Shown one piece after another: positions 25,475-34,451 of a stretch of 50,362 nt of DNA (position 1 is the first letter of the stretch; each line of letters starts with the position of its first letter). Source of the DNA: an uncultured Candidatus Saccharibacteria bacterium. GTDB taxonomy: Bacteria; Patescibacteriota; Minisyncoccia; Minisyncoccales; Staskawiczbacteraceae. The notes under the pieces are model-generated. The model saw only the letters and a list, made by a program, of their open reading frames with translations. It was not told where the DNA came from and did no database searches. The stretch is taken from positions 3,440 through 53,801 of the forward strand of contig CAYVRE010000001.1 of assembly GCA_964453095.1 (NCBI GenBank), written 5' to 3'. Made by a program: the position numbers and the translations under genes.

Positions 25475-26701
25475 TTAAATGCGTGATTTGAGCCAATAAG
25501 CAAACTTGTATGCCCGGCCTGAAAAGTATAGCCACGACATAAGAACGATCAGCAATATGGGCAGAAAGAATGATTCGGTCAGGAAGTTGTTAGTTAGGCC
25601 TGTTGATATGTTGGTTGCTCCGTAAACCAAGGAATTATTGACAAAGACCGCGGCGCTGCTTGTCTGAGATCCGGCTTCGGTGCTGGTTATCGTGGCGCTA
25701 TTGGTCAAAACAGATGTTCCATAAGGAAGATTATTATAATTGGCCACCTGTGCCTGATAAGATAGCACTGCTACATTGCCGGCTGAAACTGTTCCGATGT
25801 TAATTCCGAACACAGGGTCTCCGCTGTAATTAAGGGTGGTATTCAACATCAAGTTATCCTTGTAGATAAGATTGGCCGGCAGTATATCGCGAATATATAC
25901 ATTATGGATATCCTGATTGCCGTTAGCTTGCAAAGTTATGGCAAAAGTCAGCATATCCAATGGCTTGGCATTAACTGAGGTTGACCAGTTTAAGTTGCCG
26001 GATGTAAGGTTTATAACCTTCTTGGTGACTGTGAGAACTCCGCTTCCAGAGCCGGAGTTGGAAGTATAGAAAGTCATATCCTGGCCATAAACAGTATTAC
26101 TGACCAGCTGCGCAACTACCCTGAAGTGATAAGTTGTATTGGCTGACAGATTTGCTATATTCTGGCTAAAAGATCCGCCCGAGTTTTGATTCTGATGAGT
26201 TGTTTCACTGCCATAACTGGTGGTTGTCCCATACTGGAACCAAACATAATTAGTCCCGGTTATATACGGCACTGCCAGATAGCCATTTAAGGTTGCCTGA
26301 TAATTTGAGATATTGGTGGCTGAGTTAGTCTGTACGCTGGCGCCCCCTACTCCTATTTGATTATAGTTTACATAGACAACCATGCTGTCTGAACTGGACA
26401 AGCTGGTGTTATCTGTCACAGTAAGCGAGCAATCGTATGAATTCTGGCTGCTGGAACCAGAGGGCGCGGTATAGGTCGGCTGGGCAATGTTATAGCTGGA
26501 CAAGGTTCCTCCGCTGCAATTCCAGTAATAGGTTAAGGCGCCTCCGTCAGCGTCGTAACCCGAGCCCTGCAAAACGATAGTCTGACCTGAATTCACATAC
26601 AAATCAGGCCCTGCATTGGCGGTAGGCGCCTGAGCCGCTGAGACAATTGTTCCTGAAAACAACAGTATAATAGAAAGGGCTAGAAATATGATTTTTTTCA
26701 T
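25475..26701 (-). CDS. Secreted surface protein: signal peptide, PKD-like domain, Fn3-like and DUF11-like repeats, C-terminal TM tail
   Basis: 408 aa. The signal peptide ends VSAAQA. PKD-like ANAGPDLYVNSGQTIVLQGSGYDADGGALTYYW. The C-terminal ~285 aa are paralogous to the 37177-39153 product. The tail reads ...YGATNISTGLTNN-TM-basic. Confidence 0.75.
   Translation of the reverse strand: MKKIIFLALSIILLFSGTIVSAAQAPTANAGPDLYVNSGQTIVLQGSGYDADGGALTYYWNCSGGTLSSYNIAQPTYTAPSGSSSQNSYDCSLTVTDNTSLSSSDSMVVYVNYNQIGVGGASVQTNSATNISNYQATLNGYLAVPYITGTNYVWFQYGTTTSYGSETTHQNQNSGGSFSQNIANLSANTTYHFRVVAQLVSNTVYGQDMTFYTSNSGSGSGVLTVTKKVINLTSGNLNWSTSVNAKPLDMLTFAITLQANGNQDIHNVYIRDILPANLIYKDNLMLNTTLNYSGDPVFGINIGTVSAGNVAVLSYQAQVANYNNLPYGTSVLTNSATITSTEAGSQTSSAAVFVNNSLVYGATNISTGLTNNFLTESFFLPILLIVLMSWLYFSGRAYKFAYWLKSRI
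25478..26335 (-). repeat. Paralogous block shared with 37180-38157
   Basis: Protein-level similarity runs from VQTNSATNIS onward. By eye, short nucleotide stretches are about 85% identical (for example around 26190-26250 vs 38010-38070). Confidence 0.7.
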
Positions 26702-26773
26702 GTTTTTATATATTATTTATTAATATTCACCCTTCACACTACTCGCTCCCCTTTTAATGTCAAGCCATCCAAC

Positions 26774-26801
26774 TAAAAACCGCCGGTCAATACGGCGGTT
26801 T
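26774..26801 (-). terminator. Rho-independent terminator after the trx-FTR gene
   Basis: On the minus strand, a perfect 9-bp stem AAACCGCCG / CGGCGGTTT with a 7-nt loop; the T-run continues as TTTTT. Confidence 0.65.
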
Positions 26802-26804
26802 CTG

Positions 26805-27386
26805 CTATTTCACAAATAGATTGCACAAACAATGTCCGTCTTTCTCGATCTCTTCTTTATGAAAGGCGCAAGGGCATATCTTTTTGGTATCTTCTTCCCC
26901 GTTTCCTGAAACCCTTCTGCAGGGACAATACTTTTTGCCATACTTTTTCTCGTTTAATAGAAGGCCGTTAATAACTCTTTCAACTGTTTTTTTATCAGGA
27001 TTCAGGCGGAATCCGTTTGATTTTGCATAATTATCGTATCTTTCCATCATACCGTTGATATCCGGCCCGGCTGATACCTTTTCTATCCATTCCTTGATTG
27101 AAGCTTCCGAAGCTAAGCCGACAAATCCTGAAATCGGCTGGCTGTTTTTAAACAGCACCACGGTCGGAATCTTTTCAACGCCGAATTTCCCCGCGGTTTT
27201 CGGCGCGCTATCTAGGTCAGCTTTCATTAAGACAATCTTTTCTTTCAAATCCTCCGCCACCTTTTCTAAGATAGGCCCTAAAACAGAACAGGGTTCGCAC
27301 CAGGTGGCAAAAAAATCAACAAGCACCAGTTTTTCTGTGCTTGCAACTTCTTTATCGAAATTTTCGTCAGTTAATATTATCGCCAT
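26805..27386 (-). CDS. Thioredoxin fused to a ferredoxin-thioredoxin-reductase catalytic-subunit-like domain
   Basis: The N-terminal half has the Trx fold with WCEPC. The C-terminal half has CPCR-x14-CPC-x12-CLC (KKYCPCRRVSGNGEEDTKKICPCAFHKEEIEKDGHCLCNLF), which resembles the FTRc CPC...CPC...CHC cluster motif. Confidence 0.7.
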   Translation of the reverse strand: MAIILTDENFDKEVASTEKLVLVDFFATWCEPCSVLGPILEKVAEDLKEKIVLMKADLDSAPKTAGKFGVEKIPTVVLFKNSQPISGFVGLASEASIKEWIEKVSAGPDINGMMERYDNYAKSNGFRLNPDKKTVERVINGLLLNEKKYGKKYCPCRRVSGNGEEDTKKICPCAFHKEEIEKDGHCLCNLFVK

Positions 27387-27401
27387 TTTTACACTAGTTT
27401 G

Positions 27402-27472
27402 CTGCGGGACTAGGATTCGAACCTAGATTAATTGGACCAAAACCAATCGTCCTACCATTAGACGATCCCGCA
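27402..27472 (-). tRNA. tRNA-Gln (anticodon UUG), CCA not encoded
   Basis: Hand fold: TGCGGGA-TC-GTCT-AATGGTA-GGAC-G-ATTGG-TTTTGGT-CCAAT-TAAT-CTAGG-TTCGAAT-CCTAG-TCCCGCA-G. U1:A72 and G73 match bacterial tRNA-Gln. Confidence 0.9.
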
Positions 27473-28153
27473 ATATTTATGTATCCCACTAATCCATCCC
27501 TCAATTTTTCTTTGTAAAGTTGAGCTGCTTTTCACACCGACTCTTAATAATCCGTAATAATTTTCTCCAACGTTTTTCCTTTTTGTGTTTATTTTGTTTT
27601 TCTTGAAATAAATATGTGTAAAATTATTTTTAGAAAAACCCGTGCAATTAGACCAATAATTTACAACTTGGCTCAATCTATTTTTACAATTTTCGTGGAT
27701 ATAAATTTCAAAGTAAATTTTTTCTCTTTTTTCGTGAACTATATCAAACAACCATTTCAGAAAAATTTTGATCATTCTCGGGTCTGAATTAGAAAACTTA
27801 ACGCCAATTCCAGGTCGACTTTCTTTTTCTTTGCTTCCTTCACCCCAATATAGCGCTGTTCCGATTAACCAAAGGTCTCTTTCTATTATCGTCCCAATTT
27901 CACCTTCCGCCTCTTCTTTTATTCTCTCCGTTAGCAAAATGCGGTTTTTGTGACGCGCTACCCACCCTCTCTTCATCCCAGCTATTTTTTTATCGGTTAA
28001 TCTTTGTTTTTGCTCCTTAGCTAATTTAACATCTTTTAGCCATAAAGACAAACTTGATTTAGCAACCGGAATTTGTTCTAAAATTTCTCTATAAGACAGC
28101 CCTTGTTTTCTCAATTCTATTGCTTTATTTTTTTCCTCAATTTTTGATATCAT
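27458..28153 (-). CDS. HTH plus LAGLIDADG-like (homing-endonuclease-like) protein
   Basis: 231 aa. N-terminal HTH (LRKQGLSYREILEQIPVAKSSLSLWLKD) and a LAGLIDADG-like helix LIGTALYWGEGSK. The last 5 codons and the stop lie inside the tRNA-Gln 5' acceptor/D arm. Confidence 0.45.
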   Translation of the reverse strand: MISKIEEKNKAIELRKQGLSYREILEQIPVAKSSLSLWLKDVKLAKEQKQRLTDKKIAGMKRGWVARHKNRILLTERIKEEAEGEIGTIIERDLWLIGTALYWGEGSKEKESRPGIGVKFSNSDPRMIKIFLKWLFDIVHEKREKIYFEIYIHENCKNRLSQVVNYWSNCTGFSKNNFTHIYFKKNKINTKRKNVGENYYGLLRVGVKSSSTLQRKIEGWISGIHKYCGIV

Positions 28154-28155
28154 TT

Positions 28156-28196
28156 GAACTACGATTATATATTACTTAATTATACTATCGTAGTTC
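28156..28196. repeat. Perfect 10-bp inverted repeat GAACTACGAT / ATCGTAGTTC (21-nt spacer)
   Basis: Arms at 28156-28165 and 28187-28196, starting 3 nt upstream of the HE-like gene ATG (minus strand). Confidence 0.7.
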
Positions 28197-28228
28197 TAAT
28201 ATTACAACAGACACTTTGTATATTTATA

Positions 28229-29206
28229 TCATTTTTCCGCAGTTTTTTCAATTGTCTGGCCGTTGTCATCCAGATAGAAGATTTTTTTTTCAAATTCAAG
28301 CTGCTTAGTATTTTTGCTAATTTTGACTATCACTCCCATCCCCTGCCTGACGTCTTCATTAAAATGCTGGTCAAAGATAAAGTTGCCCAAGGAATAGTAT
28401 ATTCTTTTATCTTTGTATTCCTCCATAGGCTGTATCACGTGCGGATGCGAGCCGATTATTAAATCAGCACCTGCGTCAATAAACTGACGCGCTAAGTCCT
28501 TTATATTTTTGCTTGGATTCTTTACATATTCGGCGCCCCAGTGGCAAAAAACTATCACAACATCTGCCAGGTTCTGTTTTTTAATCTCCTCAACGGCTGA
28601 TTTTTGTTCTGCCGCAATATCACTGCCGGCAAATTCGTTATAACCCACAAAGGCAATTTTTACTCCGTCTATCTCTTTTACTATGCTTCTTCCGCCTCCC
28701 GGAGCGCCGAAATAGCTTACATTTGCCGCATCCAGATATTTTTCAGTGGAAGCCAAACCTTTGCTGCCGAAGTTCAATATATGGTTATTGCCTAAGCCAA
28801 CCAGCCGGATGTTCTGATTGAAAAGAGTCTTGGCCAGACTCGGGTCAAAAGTAAAAAAGTAGTTGTTAGCGCTTCCGGCCTTGGTGCCTGAGCTTATTGA
28901 TTTTTCATCTGTAATCGGTCCTTCCAGATTAATTATTGCCAGATCATTATCCAAAAGTAGGCTTGATATCTTTTCAAAGATAAAATTGTTGCCTCCCCCT
29001 TTTTCAGCATAATACCTTATACCGCGGTCGAACATCAAATCACCGACAAACAAAATCTGGACAAAACTCTTTTCTTTTTTAGGCGGATATGAATATTCGG
29101 ATTCCGAGGTTCTGTCGAATAAAAATAGAAAACAAATAGCCGCTGTTATAGCAGCGGCTATCGAGATTGCGGTGATAATAACTATTCTATTTCGTCTGCT
29201 GCCCAT
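28229..29206 (-). CDS. CapA/PGA-cap family metallophosphatase (poly-gamma-glutamate-type capsule protein homolog)
   Basis: N-terminal TM. Motifs ILFVGDLMFDRG, GNNHILNFG, FCHWGAEY, GSHPHVIQP. Confidence 0.75.
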   Translation of the reverse strand: MGSRRNRIVIITAISIAAAITAAICFLFLFDRTSESEYSYPPKKEKSFVQILFVGDLMFDRGIRYYAEKGGGNNFIFEKISSLLLDNDLAIINLEGPITDEKSISSGTKAGSANNYFFTFDPSLAKTLFNQNIRLVGLGNNHILNFGSKGLASTEKYLDAANVSYFGAPGGGRSIVKEIDGVKIAFVGYNEFAGSDIAAEQKSAVEEIKKQNLADVVIVFCHWGAEYVKNPSKNIKDLARQFIDAGADLIIGSHPHVIQPMEEYKDKRIYYSLGNFIFDQHFNEDVRQGMGVIVKISKNTKQLEFEKKIFYLDDNGQTIEKTAEK

Positions 29207-30156
29207 AATAGGTCCTGTCCGTCTCTGGCGCCATAAAGAATATACCTGTTGTCGCTGCTCAGCGAGGGGAAGCCGTATATCTTATCATGCGGCGTGCCGG
29301 CTTGGCCGTTCAAGACAACAAAGCTTTTTCCGTCTTTACCCACCACTATATACATAAAACTCTTGCTGTCGGCGCTGTATTTCGGCATAGTTATGGTTCC
29401 GTTGTACCTTGTCCCCTCCTCTCCATTTTCCAAAGTAAATGATTCCTTTTTAACCGGATCTGTGTAAAGGAAAATTACTCTTTGCCCGTCCGGGCTTACT
29501 TCAACCCAATATGGCTTGTAGTTGTATGGGCTTTCCATCTCCTCGTCATTAACAAAGCAGGATATCTTATTGCCGACTTTCGTCTGCGCGCAATAGATTG
29601 CGTTGCTCCCCATGTCGCTGAATCCGACAATAGTAACCTTGCTCGCATCGTAACCTTCCGGGATAGTGGCTATTTTCACATTTTCTAAGCTTAACACCAG
29701 AGGCTCTTCTTCTATTATATTATTCTCAACAACTGGGCCTGCCGGAATTTGTGTTGAAAATGAAAAAATACTGAACAAGCCATTTAATAAATCTGTTTGT
29801 GTTGCCACATAATATCCTGCCCCGCCGAGAACAGCTGATAGAAGGATTAGGAATATAAGAAACTTTAATAGAGGATGTCCGGCCTTTCTCTCCCTGGGCA
29901 TACTGCTTTGCGGGCTGACTTTAACTTCCTGGGGTTTATACTGCGGCTTTGGCTGGGCTTGAGGCTGTTGCTGAACCTGAGGCTGCTGTGGAGGGGTATA
30001 GGGCTTCGAGGACATGTCCGGAGTAATGGTTATGAATGCCGAATTGATCTCTGTCTCAGACCAGCCGTTTTTAAGCAACAAGCTTTTAGTCTGCTCATCT
30101 GACTGTCCGGCCTGCTTAGCTTTTTTTATATAATCCACTATTTGTTGATCTGCCAT
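29182..30156 (-). CDS. Membrane protein with P/Q-rich linker and PD40/TolB-like beta-propeller repeats
   Basis: 324 aa. Small N-terminal helical domain, PQQPQVQQQPQAQPKPQ linker, TM, then repeats such as VSPDGQRVIFLY and LSSDNRYILYGA. 25-nt overlap with capA. Confidence 0.6.
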   Translation of the reverse strand: MADQQIVDYIKKAKQAGQSDEQTKSLLLKNGWSETEINSAFITITPDMSSKPYTPPQQPQVQQQPQAQPKPQYKPQEVKVSPQSSMPRERKAGHPLLKFLIFLILLSAVLGGAGYYVATQTDLLNGLFSIFSFSTQIPAGPVVENNIIEEEPLVLSLENVKIATIPEGYDASKVTIVGFSDMGSNAIYCAQTKVGNKISCFVNDEEMESPYNYKPYWVEVSPDGQRVIFLYTDPVKKESFTLENGEEGTRYNGTITMPKYSADSKSFMYIVVGKDGKSFVVLNGQAGTPHDKIYGFPSLSSDNRYILYGARDGQDLLWAADEIE

Positions 30157-30227
30157 AATATATATATATTATTACTTGTATTTTTCTATTATAGCACAAT
30201 GTCAAGACCGCAACCCTGTGGATAAAA

Positions 30228-31334
30228 TTATGACTCCTGATACGTAATGTTGACCACCGCCAGTTCCAGTGGCAGCTGGCTTACGGCCGAGTATTTCATT
30301 TTGTTTTCCGCTTCTATAAAAAGCTCGAGGATATTTTGGATATCTTTCTGCGCCAAACTGGCTGTTTGCGCTTTCATCCTGTCCAATTCCGGCAAAGATA
30401 ATCCTGAATTCTGCAAATTAAGAAAAGCTGGATTTATCTTTAAAAGCAATGATTGGCGCAGATAAAAAACAAGGGTTTTGGCGAATTCCTGCAAATCAAC
30501 GCCGTTGTCTGCCATCGTATTCAATGATACAATTGCCTCTTTAGTGTTTTTCAAAAGCAGGAAGTCCACAAACTGGGCTATCTGACCCACCTCGACAATC
30601 CCCAGCAGGTTTTTGATATCCTCAGTTTTAATTTCTCCTTTGCTGCCCGAAAAACTCATGCATTGGTCCAGAAGAGATTCAGCATCGCGGAAAGACCCTC
30701 TGGAATTAATGGCGATAAGCGAAAGGGCTGATTGGTCGAACTTTACATTTTCTTTTTTGGAAATGAACTCAAGCTTTTTAATAATCTCGGGAATCTGCAG
30801 GCGCCTGAAATCAAACCTCTGGCATCGGGAAACTATGGTGGCGATCATTTTATGCGCCTCGGTGGTTGCCAGCAGAAACACTGCGTGAGCCGGCGGCTCT
30901 TCCAGAGTTTTTAATAAAGCATTAGCTGCTGATTTGCTAAGCTGGTGGCATTCATCGATAATGAATATTTTGTATCTGGCTTTTACCGGAGAAAACTTTA
31001 TTCCTTCAATTAATTCCCGTATGTCATCAACTCCGGTGTGGGAGGCGGCATCAACTTCAACTAAATCCATTGACTTGCCGGCTGTAATTTCCAAACAGGA
31101 AGAGCACTTGTTGCAGGGCTCAAATCCATCCGGATTTTCGCAGTTGACGGCTTTGGCAAAAATCCTGGCAATAGTTGTTTTACCAGAACCGCGCGGTCCG
31201 GAAAATAAATAAGCATGAGAAATGCTATTTCCTTTTATTGAGTTGGTTAATGTCTGTACCACATGCTCCTGCCCGACAATCTCGCCGAAGCTCTGCGGCC
31301 GGTATTTACGATACAATACTAAATTATTGCTCAT
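30228..31334 (-). CDS. dnaX: DNA polymerase III subunit gamma/tau (short form)
   Basis: Walker A GPRGSGKTT, FIIDECHQLS, zinc module CNKCSSC, sensor SRCQRF. Confidence 0.9.
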   Translation of the reverse strand: MSNNLVLYRKYRPQSFGEIVGQEHVVQTLTNSIKGNSISHAYLFSGPRGSGKTTIARIFAKAVNCENPDGFEPCNKCSSCLEITAGKSMDLVEVDAASHTGVDDIRELIEGIKFSPVKARYKIFIIDECHQLSKSAANALLKTLEEPPAHAVFLLATTEAHKMIATIVSRCQRFDFRRLQIPEIIKKLEFISKKENVKFDQSALSLIAINSRGSFRDAESLLDQCMSFSGSKGEIKTEDIKNLLGIVEVGQIAQFVDFLLLKNTKEAIVSLNTMADNGVDLQEFAKTLVFYLRQSLLLKINPAFLNLQNSGLSLPELDRMKAQTASLAQKDIQNILELFIEAENKMKYSAVSQLPLELAVVNITYQES

Positions 31335-31336
31335 AT

Positions 31337-31933
31337 CTACTTTTTAAATACTATAAACTTGTAGCCCAGAAAATTCCATAAGAAAGCGGCTGCAGCAGCC
31401 ATGATAATGCTTAATTCCGTCCATACATCAACCGGCATCTGGAACTGCGGGCCCATTATCTTTACGAAATAATAAAAGGCGATTAAATCCAGCCCCAGTC
31501 CGACCAGGGTGACGATAAAAAACTGAGCCATCTCTTTTATACCTTCTTTTTCATGTTTTTCAAATGCCCAGTGCTTGTTCCCCCAGAATTTTACCAGAGT
31601 AGCGATTAAAAAAGAAATTGTTTTAGATACCAGCGGACTGATTATTATAACCAAAGAAAAAAGCCAGGCGGAAAGCTGAAATATCTTTATATCCACCACT
31701 GCGGCCAGGGCGCCGATTAAAAGGTGCTTGGCCGCCTGATATACAAACAGAAACTTCTTTCCGATTAAAAAAGCCAGCCAAAGGCAAAGCAATGAAAACA
31801 GCGGAAAGATGTAATATAAAAGAAAACTGTAAAAGCCGGTTATTTCAATTCCGTAGCCCTTAAGGAAATCTGCGGCGATCCAGGCCACTACCCGGCCGCA
31901 GATTAAAGCGAAAATAACATCAATAATTTTCAT
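31337..31933 (-). CDS. GtrA-family membrane protein
   Basis: 198 aa, polytopic. The C-terminal part matches the GtrA pattern (FWGNKHWAFEK ... NFLGYKFIVFKK). Confidence 0.6.
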   Translation of the reverse strand: MKIIDVIFALICGRVVAWIAADFLKGYGIEITGFYSFLLYYIFPLFSLLCLWLAFLIGKKFLFVYQAAKHLLIGALAAVVDIKIFQLSAWLFSLVIIISPLVSKTISFLIATLVKFWGNKHWAFEKHEKEGIKEMAQFFIVTLVGLGLDLIAFYYFVKIMGPQFQMPVDVWTELSIIMAAAAAFLWNFLGYKFIVFKK

Positions 31934-31995
31934 AATTATTTTAAGTTAGCACGAATTTACTTTTTTTGAAAGTTGAGTTAAAATGATTAAACATT

Positions 31996-32622
31996 ATGAA
32001 AGGCTTTTTAGGGGGCTTAGAATATTTCTTAGAAAAAATCGACTCATACAGAGACGAACTCTTATTCCTTTTTATTAAACCGTATTGGCCACGTAAAATT
32101 ACGCCTAACCATATAAGCTATCTGCGGGTGGTTATAGGCATATTGTTGTTTGTCCTTTTATTCTTTTTTAATATAGAAAACAAGCTTTTAATAATTTCCC
32201 TGTTCTGCGTAGGCGCTCTGACAGATCTATTTGACGGCTCTGTTGCCCGAGGATTAAATAAGGTAACCGAGTTCGGAGCCATGCTTGATTCCACTGCTGA
32301 CAGGATACTGATAATCCCCATCGCTGTTTATAGCCTGTTCGGAGCGCATAAATGGCTGCTGCTGGCATTGCTATTAACGGAAATACTCAATGCGATTTCT
32401 TCAATATATTACAAGTCAAAACAGATCTATCTTGAATCAAATATCTTCGGAAAGACAAAAATGGTTTTGATATCAATTGTCTTTGTCGTGATTCTGATCG
32501 CCTGGCCAAAGGCCCCTATCCTGCTCTTCATCTACGGCCTCTGGCTCACCATACCGATTTCTTTTTTAAGTATTTTTTCTAGAATAATGGAATTAAAAAA
32601 TAAAAGCCACATTAAACAATGA
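31996..32622 (+). CDS. CDP-alcohol phosphatidyltransferase family protein
   Basis: Signature DGSVARGLNKVTEFGAMLDSTADR (D-G-x2-A-R-x8-G-x3-D-x3-D), polytopic. Confidence 0.85.
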   Translation: MKGFLGGLEYFLEKIDSYRDELLFLFIKPYWPRKITPNHISYLRVVIGILLFVLLFFFNIENKLLIISLFCVGALTDLFDGSVARGLNKVTEFGAMLDSTADRILIIPIAVYSLFGAHKWLLLALLLTEILNAISSIYYKSKQIYLESNIFGKTKMVLISIVFVVILIAWPKAPILLFIYGLWLTIPISFLSIFSRIMELKNKSHIKQ

Positions 32623-34022
32623 AACACGATATAAGAATTTACAATACGCTTTCCGGCAGGAAAGATTTATTCAAACCCATAAAAGGCAAAAGGGTTAATC
32701 TTTTCGTTTGCGGACCGACTGTTTACGATTATTCTCATTTGGGCCATGCCAGAAACTATATTGTTTTTGACGCTTTTGTAAAATATCTGAAGAAAGCCGG
32801 ATTCAATGTTTTTTATCTGCAAAACATTACTGACCTGGACGATAAGATAATAGCCAGGGCCAGGGAAAAACAAGTTCCGCCGAAAGATTTAGCCGCAGCT
32901 TTCGAAAAGGAATATCTTAAGGATATGAAAAGCATCGGCATAAACAGTGTTGCTAAATATGCCAGGGCAACCAGCTATATCAAAGAGATAATCAGCCAGA
33001 TAAAAAGGCTGCAAGACAAACAATATGCCTACGAAATAGAGGGCGACGGAGTTTATTATAACATCAGTAAATTTAAAAACTACGGCAAGCTGGCCGGCAG
33101 AACCGCTTTGCAGGCCGAAGATTCTGTTTCCAGAATTGATTACAGCAAGGATAAAAAAAACAGAGGAGACTTCTGTCTATGGAAATTTTCCGAGGAAAAG
33201 CCCTATTGGCCGTCTCCTTTTGGCAAAGGCAGGCCGGGCTGGCATATAGAAGATACTGCTATCACAGAAAAGTTTTTCGGACCGCAATACGATATTCACG
33301 GCGCAGCCAGAGATCTCATATTCCCCCACCATGAAGCTGAGATAAGCCAGATGGAAGCCATTTCAGAAAAAAAACCGATGGCAAAATACTGGATGCATGT
33401 TGGATTCTTAACGGTTAACGGACAAAAAATGTCCAAGTCGTTAGGCAATTTTATAATCATAAACGACTTTTTAAGAAGATACCCCGCTAATTATTTGAGA
33501 TTTTTTGTGCTCAAAAACCTCTGGAGGTCTCCGATTGATTATTCTGAATCAGTTATGGTAGAGGTAAAAGCAGCTGTAGAAAAGATTGAAGAGTTTTTAA
33601 GAAAACTGAAGGCCATAAAACCAAGCCAATCTTCAAAAAGAATAGGCGGAGAGATAAAAAAAATAAAAACAGATTTTTACAAAAAACTGGGCGACGACTT
33701 CAATACTCCGCAAGCCTTTGCGGTGTTATTTGATTTTATTAAAAAAACCAACCAGCTTTTGGAAGAAAACTCTGTCTCTCAAAAGGATGCTCTAGAAATA
33801 TATAGCTTCTTTGCGGAAATAAACGATATCTTCGGAATTATCGATTTAAAAAGAACCGCAAAAACAACCATCCCTGCCAGCGTTAAAAGGTTGATAAAAA
33901 ACAGAGAAGATTTCCGCAAGAAACAAGAATGGCAGAAAGCCGATGAGGCCCGCAAGGAAATAGAAAAACAGGGATACACAGTAGAAGATACCAAAGACGG
34001 CCCTGCGATTAAAAAAATATAA
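32619..34022 (+). CDS. cysS: Cysteinyl-tRNA synthetase
   Basis: HLGHARNY (HIGH) and KMSKSLGN (KMSKS), 467 aa. Confidence 0.95.
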   Translation: MKHDIRIYNTLSGRKDLFKPIKGKRVNLFVCGPTVYDYSHLGHARNYIVFDAFVKYLKKAGFNVFYLQNITDLDDKIIARAREKQVPPKDLAAAFEKEYLKDMKSIGINSVAKYARATSYIKEIISQIKRLQDKQYAYEIEGDGVYYNISKFKNYGKLAGRTALQAEDSVSRIDYSKDKKNRGDFCLWKFSEEKPYWPSPFGKGRPGWHIEDTAITEKFFGPQYDIHGAARDLIFPHHEAEISQMEAISEKKPMAKYWMHVGFLTVNGQKMSKSLGNFIIINDFLRRYPANYLRFFVLKNLWRSPIDYSESVMVEVKAAVEKIEEFLRKLKAIKPSQSSKRIGGEIKKIKTDFYKKLGDDFNTPQAFAVLFDFIKKTNQLLEENSVSQKDALEIYSFFAEINDIFGIIDLKRTAKTTIPASVKRLIKNREDFRKKQEWQKADEARKEIEKQGYTVEDTKDGPAIKKI

Positions 34023-34033
34023 AAGCAATATAA

Positions 34034-34067
34034 AAGGCCAGCAGTAAAAACTCTGTTGGCCTTTTTG
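34034..34067 (+). terminator. Rho-independent terminator after cysS
   Basis: 10-bp stem AGGCCAGCAG / CTGTTGGCCT (one G-U, valid only in plus sense) followed by TTTTT. Confidence 0.65.
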
Positions 34068-34091
34068 AAAGCCGGAATTCTGGTTCTATGC

Positions 34092-34307
34092 TCAGGCATA
34101 GACATCCAGGACGAAAGCGGCCTCCCTGGCTGACTCTTGGGCAAACTCTTCGTCGCCCTTTATGTGAAGAGCTTCTGCTCTACACATACGATTATTTACG
34201 ACAGCCTCTGCTCCATTCTTTTTGACTTCGGCAACAAGATTGTGAAGACGGGCCGAAGACATGTGAACATGGGCATTAGCAACCGACGCAACAATCGAAC
34301 TAATCAT
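34092..34307 (-). CDS. Hypothetical small protein (71 aa), orphan
   Basis: AAGGAG lies 7 nt before the ATG. The ORF is GC-rich relative to its neighbours. No family recognised. Confidence 0.45.
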   Translation of the reverse strand: MISSIVASVANAHVHMSSARLHNLVAEVKKNGAEAVVNNRMCRAEALHIKGDEEFAQESAREAAFVLDVYA

Positions 34308-34410
34308 GGCTTTACTCCTTTTCCTTGAAAGCCAACATCCTTTTTCAGAGCGAAAACCATTCTCACCCTATATTTTGAGTATATCACATATATTTAATGA
34401 TGTCAAGACC

Positions 34411-34439
34411 TTGCCCCGCTCTTTCAGTTTTGGTAGACT
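34411..34439 (+). promoter_or_regulatory. Candidate promoter for dnaB
   Basis: TTGCCC, 17 nt, extended -10 TGgTAGACT, 12 nt before ATG 34452. Confidence 0.3.
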
Positions 34440-34451
34440 TAAAAATCAAAC

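Noticed and set aside
27402-27472. tRNA-Gln interrupted by an intron carrying the LAGLIDADG-like ORF
   Set aside because: The 71-nt tRNA folds contiguously with an intact anticodon loop. The ORF only overlaps its first 15 nt from upstream.
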